A stretch of DNA of 63,514 nucleotides, the filler included, from Folioceros fuciformis (lineage: Eukaryota): the NCBI GenBank assembly GCA_049999805.1. It is 12 parts of 12 records of this genome, joined end to end, with 100 filler letters (N's around TTAATTAATTAA, not from the genome) between each part and the next. Parts side by side here need not be neighbours in the genome. Positions count along the whole stretch, not along the records: positions 36,365 to 43,120 come from JBNGIO010003487.1; positions 43,221 to 44,910 come from JBNGIO010003488.1; positions 45,011 to 55,638 come from JBNGIO010003489.1; 9 more parts are not named here. One strand, written 5' to 3'. The notes under the pieces were generated by a model. It did no database searches. It saw only the letters and a list, made by a program, of their open reading frames with translations, and was not told the origin of the DNA. This document shows positions 40,864 through 51,758 of this stretch, piece by piece. The first letter of the stretch is position 1. Every line of letters begins with the position of its first letter. The position numbers were made by a program, and so were the translations under genes.

Positions 40864-43693
40864 GGCTGCAAGATCTCACCCTCCCTCCCCTCCTCACACC
40901 CTCCTCACCCCGGCCTCCAACGAAATGCAACACAATTGCTCGGAACCGCCTCTCCTCCTCAGCCTACACCTCCTCCGCATTGAATCCGCACCAAACACCG
41001 CAATCCGAGCGACTCAACCCCCAGATCGGAGCACCGGCACACCAAAGAGCTAGCTAGCTACACAAGGCGAGCTCCCCCCCGGACGAGTGTTGCAACGCAA
41101 ACAAAGCTCCGAATGGTGAGGTGCAGGTGCAGGTGCAGGTGCCGACTCGCTGCGCTTCCCGTTGGCGCTGGTTGCGGAGTGGCAGGCGGGGCTTAAGAGG
41201 CCAAATGCGAACGCGGTGGAAGGCACAGGAGGAGACGGCTTGGTCTGGCCTGGCTGGCTGGTTACGGGACGCAGGCCTGGGGGTGGGGAGGAAATAGCCG
41301 AGCTGAGAGCGGGAGGAGAGCGACCGGAGAGGAGAGAGAAGGCGGGCTCTGTCCTGGAAAGAGAATGGAGCGCCCGGCTGGCTGGCTGGCTGGCTGGCCT
41401 CTGGCGGCCTGGCCCCGTGGTCCGTAAGCTGTGTAAGAGCCAATGCAAGCACAAAGCCCTTTCCTCTCTCTCTGTTTTTCCTTTTTCTCTTTCCCCACCC
41501 TCTCTCCCTTCCCCGTCGTTCGCCCTCTCCCCTTTCCCTTCCGTTAACGTTTAGCAGGAGCATTAAAACATCCCGCTTTTTTTAGGCCTCCTCCCCCGAT
41601 CCTCGATCCTCCATGCCTAGCCTTGCTTTGCTTTGCCTCGCTTTTGTTCTTAACACCAAATCCTAGTCCCTGATCACACTGTCGCGCCACATTCCCTTCC
41701 CTCCCTGCTCCCTCCAATTTGGCAGAGCATCTCCCGGCTCTGCCCAAATCTTCCTTCCGCCCCACGAAATCAGAGGACCCAACGGGAATAACCCACCAAA
41801 TATGCCAAATCAGCCCTACTTTTTCTTTTCTATCCCAACAATTTTGATGCTCCCATTTTTCCATCTCCTTTCACACGCCAACCACATTCAACTTCAAGTT
41901 CAAGCGCCTTCCAAGGGTGTTCCCTCCCCGTCAAAAATCTCATTAGGGATTGTGTGGACTTGAAGGAAGGGTGGATTAGAGGGAGACTTGGTACAAGATT
42001 CCTTCTACCATTACATAGGTATTACATGCTTTGAAAGGACTCTTCTTCCTTGTAAAGGGTGAGGATAGGATTGAGTCCTAGTATGAGATAGTAACACAAT
42101 GACACATGCATGAAACTTGCCTGTAGGTAAAGAGGTGACATTTTTGTCGTCACCTAGCAATGCCAGTAACAAAGTTCGGTGCCATCTTTGTCTCTATCCT
42201 TCACAAAAATCATGTGGGCAGAGTAGCTATCGTTTTCTGGCTGTTTCTGTGGTGGAGCAAGGGCAGCAGTAGTAGTGAGTGTCACAGGAAACCAAAGAAA
42301 GCTGCGGGGGAGGAAAGAAGTTCCGTGGAGAAGTACTCCATGTCCACTTTTTGTACAAAGCACGAAAAGGAGTTTACAATGGCAAAACAAGGTGTAAAAG
42401 GAGGAGGATGGAAAGCGAGCATGGTAACATTATGGGCTTGCATTCTCCCTTGGAAGATAGAACAAAGTACTTCCTACCCACTACTTCTACCATCTCTCGA
42501 TGCAACTTATGTGCATCTCAAAGTCAAGTCAAATGATCAATTGATCAAGTTATTAAAACCCACTGAGATTGATTAGACATCGGTATGAACTTTCATCATG
42601 TGTATCACATACTTTCTCCCCACTTTCATTGAAGTAATCCAATCTCCCCCATTGAAGTGAAGTGATTCAATCTCCTTCCCTCATTGAAGTCATTCAATCT
42701 CTTGGTCAATAATCACCAAGACCCAATAGGCTTTCATTCATACCAACTCTAACCATATTCATTAACACTCTTCCTCCTCCAATCAACTCAACTAGACATC
42801 AACAAAACCTAAAGGCAATCCCAACCCCTAAACATCCTTCACATACGCAACTAGTAACTAATGTCCTTTTCAAGGTAGAAAGGAGGGATATGGCTACCAA
42901 CCTCGTTGGTGGGTGGAAGCTTTCGAGGGTGACTAAAGCATATATCTCTTGTCCAAAATCAACCCATCAAGTGCTGGTAGGCGAGGCATGCTCAACCCAT
43001 CACACTCATCGCACTCATCCCACAAGTACCACATCCACACGTCCCTTCCTTCCTTACACCCACACTTCCCTTCCTGCCTTCCTTTCTCCCGTCCTCATAG
43101 ACTCCAATACCCCCCTCCTCNNNNNNNNNNNNNNNNNNNNNNNNNNNNNNNNNNNNNNNNNNNNTTAATTAATTAANNNNNNNNNNNNNNNNNNNNNNNN
43201 NNNNNNNNNNNNNNNNNNNNAGTGTATGTAGGGTTCCCAAATAGATTGCATTTTTCTCTAAGATTTTTTTTCTTATTTAAGAACTAAGGAAAAAATAATA
43301 AATTAATATTATAAATTTTATATATTCTCAAAATATTAAAAATTACAAATATGTTTCACTAAAACTATCGTTTCTTGAAAGCTACCTCTCTAGCACTTAG
43401 AAGACTTTAAAAGAATGCTCTTTAAGAGAATATGTTGGGTTAAGCTTTTATGCTTGTCATTTGCTACATAGTTGAACTAGATTTTTATATTTGCTACTTG
43501 AGCTAGGCTATAGCCACATTGTGAGCCATGCTATAGCCATATTACACATCTAGTTTTGTATCTATATTGTTAACATTATATTATATTAGATTAAATAAAT
43601 ATTTTATTAATTATTACTAATGATATTTAATTGTATACGTTATTTATGTTCTAATTACTATTTGCATGCACCTAAGTGATACTATACAATCAT

Positions 43694-43797
43694 GCTTTAC
43701 GCTGGCGTGGGTCAAGTGTAAAGCTTTACGCTGGCGTGGGNNNNNNNNNNAGTGTAAAGCTTTACGCTGGCGTGGGTCAAGTGTAAAGCTTTACGCT
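43694..43797 (+). repeat. 29-bp tandem repeat (GCTTTACGCTGGCGTGGGTCAAGTGTAAA), collapsed; related single unit at ~20987
   Basis: direct reading. Confidence 0.85.
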
Positions 43798-44094
43798 CGC
43801 CTGACACGCCGATACGCTCCACCCGATCCTCTCTTCCTCTTGCCATCATTTCACTCGCCGATACGCTCCACCTGACCCTCTCTCCCTCTTGCCATCATTC
43901 CCGAACCTCATTCTGACTTCCTCCTTTCCCTTCGTTCACCTCCTTCTCTGCTCTATCTTTCAACACGTTGTGACCTGCTTACTTTCTCTACCACCTCGGT
44001 GCTCTTCCTTCTCCTTACGAAAATCGGTGTGCCAACGCCTTCTACCCCTTCCATGTCTTCCAACCACATAACTTCTCTAACCACATAATTGGCC

Positions 44095-44743
44095 TTACCT
44101 GGAGGCTCAACGTGGAGCAAATCCAAACGCGCTCTTGTCCCAACTTCGCACCCTCAATAGCAGCAACAAGAGACCTAATCTAGTAGTGGGAATTAGGGAT
44201 TTTTCAGTTCCCCTGGGCCATCAACTCCACAACGATTGTCCTGGAATTTGCCCGGACCATGCTGCAATGCGCGCGGGGCAAGGCAGTCTTGGCAAAAATC
44301 CGAGACAATTCCACATTACGGGCAGTCCAGATAATGCGAGAAGTCTATCGGCCACTAGTGGAAGAACGAGGCAAACTACCTTAACTCTCAATGCTACAAG
44401 GACCTGGTGAAGGAAGCGGCAACAACACTCTTGGTGGCAGACTCCACCAAAACCACCAACAGGTGGCTAATCCATGACATGGAGGGGCCCACGAATAAGG
44501 GGAGTGGCCCGCTTGATAGTTAATTGGCTGCTGGTGACGAAGACGGATCACATAGCACACAGAGTGCTGCTACTCCTCTATGGGTTGGTGCAAGGCACCC
44601 CAGTAAATTGGGAAAAAGTGGTCGCACATCGGATCCATTCCGATGTTAGAAAGCTTTGGCAAGAGAAGCCACCCGCCTCATGACTGTCCCCTTCCCTTTT
44701 CCACATCTTGAACCACTATAAGGTCCTGATGGCTTTGGAATAG
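44095..44743 (+). pseudogene. decayed TE-associated ORF, unassigned family, copy B
   Basis: RLNVEQIQ...RGVARLIVNWLLVTKTDHIAHRVLLLLYGLVQGTPVNWEKVVAHRIHSDVRKLWQEKPPAS*LSPFLFHI; upstream DNA also matches 20990-21300. Confidence 0.72.
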
Positions 44744-45010
44744 GCTAAACCCTAGACCCAGCCGCGGACCCCGGCTCTCCCGGGGCACCTCCAGGGGCTC
44801 AGGCCCCGCGGCTGGGAGTGCTCGGCCCCCCAGCAGGGGGCTCATGCCCCGCGGCCTTGGGGGGTGGCCTTCGCCAGGCGCGGCGGGCGCCGCCAGCCCG
44901 CGGCTAGGGGNNNNNNNNNNNNNNNNNNNNNNNNNNNNNNNNNNNNNNNNNNNNTTAATTAATTAANNNNNNNNNNNNNNNNNNNNNNNNNNNNNNNNNN
45001 NNNNNNNNNN

Positions 45011-45600
45011 GGCCATGGGGGAGTCCAGCTTGGCTCTGTTACCACCCTTGGAGGGTTCTGTGACCGAGAGGCTTATTGGGGCTGTGGCGAGGGCCTTGGG
45101 CTGGGTTGTTGGTGTTAGAGCCTTCTTCCTGGGGGTAGGGTTGGGATTGGGGGCTGGAGATAAGGGGTAGGAGGAAGGCGGGCTAGAGCTACCTGTTCTA
45201 AGGTGGTCAGGACCTCGAAATAGTCCCATATATGAAAAAGGAAAGGAGAGATCCTTGAGGCGGGCGGCTTCTCGTGTCTAAGTTTCCTAACATCGGACTG
45301 AAGCCGATGTGCTAGCCTTCCCCCAATCCATGGGATTACCCTGTGCCAACCCGTAGAGGAGGAGCAGAACTCCATCCGCAATGTGATCCGTCTTGGTCAC
45401 GAGTAGCCAGTTAATGACGAGTCTGGCTACTCCTCGGATATTGGGGTCCAAATGTTGTGGATCAACCACTCGTGGTGTTTGCGGACGCCTACAGGAGTGC
45501 CGTCACTACCTCCTTGACCTTGTCTTTACTGCACTGCGAGTTGAGGTAGAGGCCACCGCGCTCCTCCGAGCGCCGCCTATACACATCCCTCATCATTTGC
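45011..45600 (-). pseudogene. decayed TE-associated ORF, unassigned family, copy D; 56-bp tandem repeat upstream at 45950-46100
   Basis: NIRGVARLVINWLLVTKTDHIADGVLLLLYGLAQGNPMDWGK / AHRLQSDVRKLRHEKPPASRISPFLFHIWDYF, separated by a frameshift. Confidence 0.72.
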
Positions 45601-46529
45601 ACCGTCCTCCTGGGCCCACTGTGTTATTGCCTCCGGCCACCACCCTACCCTCCGGCCACCACCCTACCCGTGAGCCCACGTGTCACCATCACTCCTGGTG
45701 CTCCAGCCTCTCATTAAGACTCCCTAGCTGGTTGCCGCCCCACCAAGCCCGAGATCCGAAGTAGACGTACGATAGGACTCTTAGGGTAGATTAGGATTTT
45801 TTTTGCTTTGATGGTAGTTGCTCGGACTCTAGGTCCGAAAGGTGTATAAATTTCAAGGTCTTTGTAAAGGGAAGGGCCTCAAGTCCCCATCCTCACTCTT
45901 GTGTTCTGCATTGGCACGCCATTCCTTGACTGCATCCTTTCCCCCCTACTCCGAAACTCCACATGTCGGGCAGTTTCGTCGCCTATTTGAGCCCCGGTGG
46001 CCCAGTCTGAAACTCCACATGCTGGGGAATTTNNNNNNNNNNTCTGAAACTCCACATGCTGGGGAATTTCCCCACTTGTTTGAGCCCCGATGGCCCAATC
46101 CAAACCTTTCCCCTCCACGGGGTCATGATCCAGTCCAGCACAAGGGGAAGGCTCAACACCTACAACAACCTCTAGTGACCACCTCGTTTCCCCGCCTCTG
46201 TCAAACCACCCATCGATATCTCACTAACTTCGTTGGCCACACGGTAGAAGCAATTTCATCTACTTCGGCGTATCCTGCCACTCTGTTCACTACTTCCCAT
46301 CACCCCCTTCTTTTCCCTGCTCCTTTCCTTCGTACATGCATCGGAACAGGACATCTTCTCACCCAACGCTAGATCTTCTACTACCCCTCTAACTCTTTTA
46401 TTATCCGTCTCACCCAACACTAGGCTTTCTACTATCCCTCTTCCCAACGCTAAATCTACTTGTGCCTGCTTAAACTTAGCATATGCTGCTCTAATTCAGA
46501 CTATTAGTTCCATTAAGATCAATCTCCGG

Positions 46530-47545
46530 TTCAATACAAGTATGCACGTGATGCCTATGTTCACCGTTAGTTGCTTCTCCTGACAAAAGAAAAGCAATGC
46601 ATCAACAAGAGCCAAATATAAGGTGGAGGCCACGATGGTACCATCAAGTGGACATGCTACTAAATGCCCAGAAGAAGCCCAAATCTAGATGTAGACGCTG
46701 CCCTTCACAAAGCTGACTGCCAATTCCTTTCTTGCACATCCCCAAGCCAAGGTGCACATGACATACTCATGGTAATCCTAGACAATCCTCATAATGAGAT
46801 CTGAGGTGGAGGTACCTTCAGTCCTCATTGTCGCTATGAATCTCCCTGCAGCTTTCATCTGCAAGAAGAGTTAGTTCCTGTTACAGGAAGAGGAGTTAGT
46901 TCCTGCTACAAATAGAAAGCACCGACAGCATGCTGAAAGAGAGCTCCAACAAACTGAAGCATCACAAATACTCACAAAGTCATGTACAACATACTTGGCG
47001 GCGCCACTAGTGTCAGCATACATGTAATACCACAGCGCGTTTGCTGTCACACAAATCTCCACCAAATACAGTCACTCAGTCAACAAGACTCCCGGTGCAT
47101 CAAACAACAGAGGCTTGCAAGACATACGGAAGGGCGTTATGTGCAACTTCATGGATTCGAAGTTTTTCCAGGAACTCCTGATTGATCACCAAGGGAGCAT
47201 CAGGCACTATTTCGTCAACCTATCTGCCAAGGGACAACCACAGTGGTCAACCTCAAGAGAAGCACCCCGGAAAGGAACCCTAAACCACTGATTCCTCAAA
47301 CCTGATCCACAGCACCCCCGCATACACAACAATGCAGGACCAAGAACCTTGTGCTTTCCCCAGACCACAAAAGGCACACTATCGACAGCCCCTTCCTTAC
47401 GGCTGACAAAATTGATAACAACTAAGTACCAAACAGGTCCATGACAGTGCAGCGAACACCGGACTCCACAGAGAAAAGAGATCCAGAGAGTCCGCAGATC
47501 ACTTGCAATGTCACAGCGATTCGTGGCGCTCCGCCTCAGTCCTTT
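46530..47545 (-). pseudogene. CCT: choline-phosphate cytidylyltransferase pseudogene (intron-retaining partial duplicate)
   Basis: exon remnants [90 protein letters not shown]; 3 in-frame stops; the N-terminal HxGH exon is absent. Confidence 0.85.
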
Positions 47546-48734
47546 AATTGGAATTGGTTGGGTACACACAAGGTCCGGTACGTTGAAAGACGCGTTTACG
47601 CAAGAATGTCCCATTGACTATGCATGCCCACACCATACGAGCTAGCTCCGATGCCGCAGCCCAAGCAACTTTAGCATAGCTATGTGCATGGCCAGAATCG
47701 CTGGACGTCCTCACCTAATTACCAGGCCAGCCAGCCTTGTTCGCCATGACTCTGACTGACTGAGGGTTCTGCATGTTCAAAACCGATTGAGGTGTCCTTC
47801 CGCAGGCCTGCCCAAACATCGGCTGGTGGTTGCAAGTTGAAGGCATTATAGCGTTCCCTGACTCCCCAGAATTCTGATTGCTGCAATGCTACAGGGTGTT
47901 CGACTGCGAATGGATCAAGTGCAAAAGAACAGCCAGTACAAACCAAACCCCATGCTTACCTGGGTCTCTAAGGCATTCCGTTCAGGGTTTAGCCACAGTA
48001 CTTCCGGGTTGCACACATTTCATGTCTGGCCCAGTGCTGGGAGGTTCACCACTGGACTTGCACATCTGGAAAGGCTGATCTCTGAATTTGATGTTGGAGT
48101 TGCAAGTTTGAATGATGATAGAGTAGCATGGATAGAAGAGACCTTGGCGAACCGAACCGGAGGAAGACAAATTATACGTATCCTGCGTCTCCTTGAAGAC
48201 CTTTCATCGCAGGTGCTATCTTGATTTCCCCTCAGAAATAGTGTGCAGCAGTTGCTTTGATTTCCTTCAAGAAGAAATAATGTGCAGCAGCTGCCGTAGT
48301 TCTTCAAGGGCTGGTGGCCAGCAGCAGCAGTCCCTGTGGTTCTTCAAGGAAGAGCGTGCAGCAGTTTTGTACAAAGGTTTACTCCGCTGAAAAAAAGGGC
48401 GACCACGTCTGGCAACAATTTTTTCGGTAGGTACCATCTTGTAGGACAAGAGACGAGATAAGAGAAGCTTACATTCGGCTGACTTCCGGCGGTGTGAGGC
48501 TTGTGCATCCATACGACAATAAAGTCGCAAAAGCTCTCTCGCAATTCCACTGCTGCTTCCAACCGTGTCTCCATCATCTCCGTGTCTCAACAGGCTTTCA
48601 AGTGATCTTTCTTGCCCTTTCGGCGCTTCAAGTTGCATACGAAGTTCAAGGTTGCAACCACCGGCACACCAATTGTGTCACCTAACACGGGCTACACTTT
48701 GAACCTCCTCTACATTTTCCTTCTTCCTCTCTCC

Positions 48735-51700
48735 TCACGGTCGACCATTACAACTGCAAGCCCCAGCAGTGAATCGATGCACACGGTACCCATCCCTGAC
48801 AACTATGTCTCTCTGTTCAATCCTTGACATGATCTCCGTGGATCTGTGGCAGTCGCTGCACATGCGAAGATTCTTGGTTACCACCAGAGGTGTCCCACTG
48901 GGAGTGTTCAACAGACCAAACGCCAAAGCTAGCTTCTCGGCATGGCCACAAAGCGCATTTTCCTTTTCCACCTCGCCCAGTGGCTTCAACACCAACTTTG
49001 TGTGAGGCACATGTTCCCCATCCCGTTTCAAACGTTCATTCAAGCTCTCCACCTTAAGAGCAATATCCTCTCTCCTGCATCCCACCAGAAATTGGTGCAC
49101 CTCCCTCCTCACCTCAATGGTTGCCACCGCCGGTTTCTTGTTAGCCCCTGCTCCCCTCCTCCGATTTTCGATCCTGTCTACATCGAGCCACCTACCCGCA
49201 TCAGCGTAGGCATTGGCCATGAGGACATAGGCAGGCGCCCCCTGGGGGTCCAGCGTGACGATGCTTTCAAAACACCACATGGCCCTCTCTATATCCCCGT
49301 GATTTTTGCAGGCATTCAACAAAGACGTCAAGGCCACAACATTACGTCGGGCCTCACAAGATAACAGCATCTTCTCTGCCTCATCTAAATGGCCAGCACG
49401 CCCAAGAAGGTCAATCATGCAGGTGTAATGCTCAATAGTTTGTTGGATGCCATGCTGTTCAGCCATGGAATCAAAATGCTTACGACCCTCGTGGACCAGT
49501 CCCTCGTGACTGCATGCTACTAAAACGCAAGTGAATGTAGCACCATCAGGCTGAATGCCTGCAGCCAGCATATCGTCAAAACAAGCCAGTGCCTTGTGAC
49601 CTTCATCACAAGCACCGTAGCCAGATATCAGGGCAGTCCACGTCACCACATCCTTGGCAGCCATGCTGTCAAAGACCTGGCGTGCATCTTCTATTTCACC
49701 AAATTTTGAATACATGTCCACCAGGCAGTTGCCTAGCACAAGGTTATCCAGCAGTCCTCTTTCAACAATCTGAGAGTGCAGCTGCCTGCCCTTCTGTAGA
49801 GCACCAGTGCTTGCACAGGCCTTCAGCAGGCAAGCTAAAGTGACATGGTTGACCAAAATTACGCCCTCCTCCTCCATTTGTCCCAAAAGAAAGAGTGCCT
49901 CACGTCCCAGCCCTTGTTCGGCGTACCCAGCTATCAGGGCATTCCATGTCACCACATTCTTTGTCGTCATGCTGTCAAAAACCTCGCGTGCATCTCCCAA
50001 TTCACCACATCTTATATACCCAGATATCAGGGCATTCCATGTCACCACGTTCTTTGTGGTTAAGCTCTCAAAGACTCGGCGTGCACCTTCCAGTTCACCA
50101 CATTTAGCATACATGTCCACTAGGCTGTTGCCCAACACTACATCATCCAGCAGACCCCTTTCGACAATCTGCGAGTGCAGCCATCTGCCCCACTGTAAGG
50201 CACCAGTGCTTGCACAGGCCTTAAGGAGGCAAGCAAAAGTGACATGGTTAGCCGAGATCAGGCCCCCCTGCTCCATTTGTCCATACACAAGAAGCATCTC
50301 AAGTGCAAGCCCTCGCTGTGCATACCCAGCTATCAAAGCATTCCAGGTCACCACATCCTTCGTGGCCAAGCTTTCAAAAACGCGGCGGGCATCTTCCAGT
50401 TCACCACATTTTGCATACATGTCCACCAGGCAGTTGCCCACCACTACGTTCCCCAGCAGACCTCTTTCGACTATGAGTGAGTGCAGCTGTCTGCCCTTCT
50501 GTAAGGCACCGGTGCTGGCACAAGCCTTGAGAAGGCAAGCAAAACTAAAATCATTAGCCAAAAGTTGGCCCTCCCGCTCCATTTGTTCGTACACAAGAAA
50601 CGCCTCGTGTCCGAGTCCTTGCTGGGCATACCCAGCTATCAGGGCGTTCCATGTCACCACGGTCTTCGTGGGCATGCTGTCAAACACCTTACGTGCATCT
50701 CCCAATTGGCCACATTTGGCATACATGTCCACGAGGCAGGTGCCCACAAATAAGTCAGGAGGAATGCCACTGTACAACACGTCACGATGCACATTTCTGC
50801 CAGATCCTAAGTCGGCAGCAAACGCACAAGCTTGAAGGACAGCTACAAAGACGTGAGCATCCGCCTTGACTCCTGACCTACGCATCTCGAGGTACAGTTG
50901 TATCGCCACATAAGGTTTCCCATGCTTAGCATATGCAGAAATTATGGAAGACCACATGAAGGCATCTGGTTTGCCTACCCTGGTGAACACATGCATGGCC
51001 TCCTGTAGCCTACCCCCAAATGCATACATGCGCAAGATATGGTTTCCCAGGTATGTGTCCGACTCGTACCCGAGTTTGACAGTGAGGTCATGAACTTGGC
51101 GCCCAACAACCAGATTTCTCTTAGCTGCACAGAGCTTTAGCACAGTGTAAAGCAGAGACTGAGAAATAGGTGAGTCTGTCTCCGCTAGAGATTCCAGGGC
51201 TCCAACGGCTTGGGAAAGCTTACCCTGCTGGCATAACGTGCTCACGGTTGCAGCAGTAACGACGCACATTTCTGATCTTTGGCGCTCACCAGGTTCAGAC
51301 TTATCCCAAGAAGAGGTAGAGGCGGGAGGAGGGGCACCATGACTCTTCTGCCAATCCAAGGAAACGGGCTGGTCATGTACCCGAGCCGCCTTAAGCATGC
51401 ACTGGACCTCGCCGGATCCCTTACTGGGCGAACGGCAGCTCACCTTATGTTGTCTGTTGTCCCACCACATGGTGGGGTCCCGAAAAAATTGTTGCCACAA
51501 GTCCTGCTGCTCTTGTCCCCGTCCCTGGCGACGACCATCATCGCTGGTGGGAAAAGCGTTCCTACCCACACATTTTGTGGGACGTGCTGCAAGTGCTGGG
51601 CTTCGAGTCCTTCCACTGCTGCACCTGGAGGCTTTGTTTGCCGACGTTGGCCTCCCTAACATGAGGAGAACAGCGGGAGCTTCTGGTAGAACACCTGTAT

Positions 51701-51758
51701 ACACACCAAGTACCATTTGTTGGGTCCACACCGGGTTCGGTTGCCATACCGTTGCCAT
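48735..51758 (-). CDS. intronless PLS-class PPR protein with E1-E2 and a DYW:KP (GRP-type) deaminase domain; candidate organellar U-to-C RNA editing factor, 1007 aa
   Basis: about 17-19 P/L/S repeats, KKPAVATIEV box, short gating region, HAEKLA, CSDCH, C-terminus CSCNGRP. Confidence 0.96.
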   Translation of the reverse strand: MATVWQPNPVWTQQMVLGVYTGVLPEAPAVLLMLGRPTSANKASRCSSGRTRSPALAARPTKCVGRNAFPTSDDGRRQGRGQEQQDLWQQFFRDPTMWWDNRQHKVSCRSPSKGSGEVQCMLKAARVHDQPVSLDWQKSHGAPPPASTSSWDKSEPGERQRSEMCVVTAATVSTLCQQGKLSQAVGALESLAETDSPISQSLLYTVLKLCAAKRNLVVGRQVHDLTVKLGYESDTYLGNHILRMYAFGGRLQEAMHVFTRVGKPDAFMWSSIISAYAKHGKPYVAIQLYLEMRRSGVKADAHVFVAVLQACAFAADLGSGRNVHRDVLYSGIPPDLFVGTCLVDMYAKCGQLGDARKVFDSMPTKTVVTWNALIAGYAQQGLGHEAFLVYEQMEREGQLLANDFSFACLLKACASTGALQKGRQLHSLIVERGLLGNVVVGNCLVDMYAKCGELEDARRVFESLATKDVVTWNALIAGYAQRGLALEMLLVYGQMEQGGLISANHVTFACLLKACASTGALQWGRWLHSQIVERGLLDDVVLGNSLVDMYAKCGELEGARRVFESLTTKNVVTWNALISGYIRCGELGDAREVFDSMTTKNVVTWNALIAGYAEQGLGREALFLLGQMEEEGVILVNHVTLACLLKACASTGALQKGRQLHSQIVERGLLDNLVLGNCLVDMYSKFGEIEDARQVFDSMAAKDVVTWTALISGYGACDEGHKALACFDDMLAAGIQPDGATFTCVLVACSHEGLVHEGRKHFDSMAEQHGIQQTIEHYTCMIDLLGRAGHLDEAEKMLLSCEARRNVVALTSLLNACKNHGDIERAMWCFESIVTLDPQGAPAYVLMANAYADAGRWLDVDRIENRRRGAGANKKPAVATIEVRREVHQFLVGCRREDIALKVESLNERLKRDGEHVPHTKLVLKPLGEVEKENALCGHAEKLALAFGLLNTPSGTPLVVTKNLRMCSDCHRSTEIMSRIEQRDIVVRDGYRVHRFTAGACSCNGRP

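Noticed and set aside
5395-46100. 21-, 29-, 44- and 56-bp arrays as CRISPR-like loci
   Set aside because: Head-to-tail units without unique spacers, no cas genes, eukaryotic context
46530-47545. Stops in the CCT copy being repaired by U-to-C editing from the neighbouring PPR
   Set aside because: It is a nuclear intron-containing fragment; one stop replaces Trp (TGG to TAG), which U-to-C cannot fix; there are many other substitutions and the 5' exons are missing
49807-50835. 342-aa plus-strand ORF
   Set aside because: Antisense shadow of the repetitive PPR coding region
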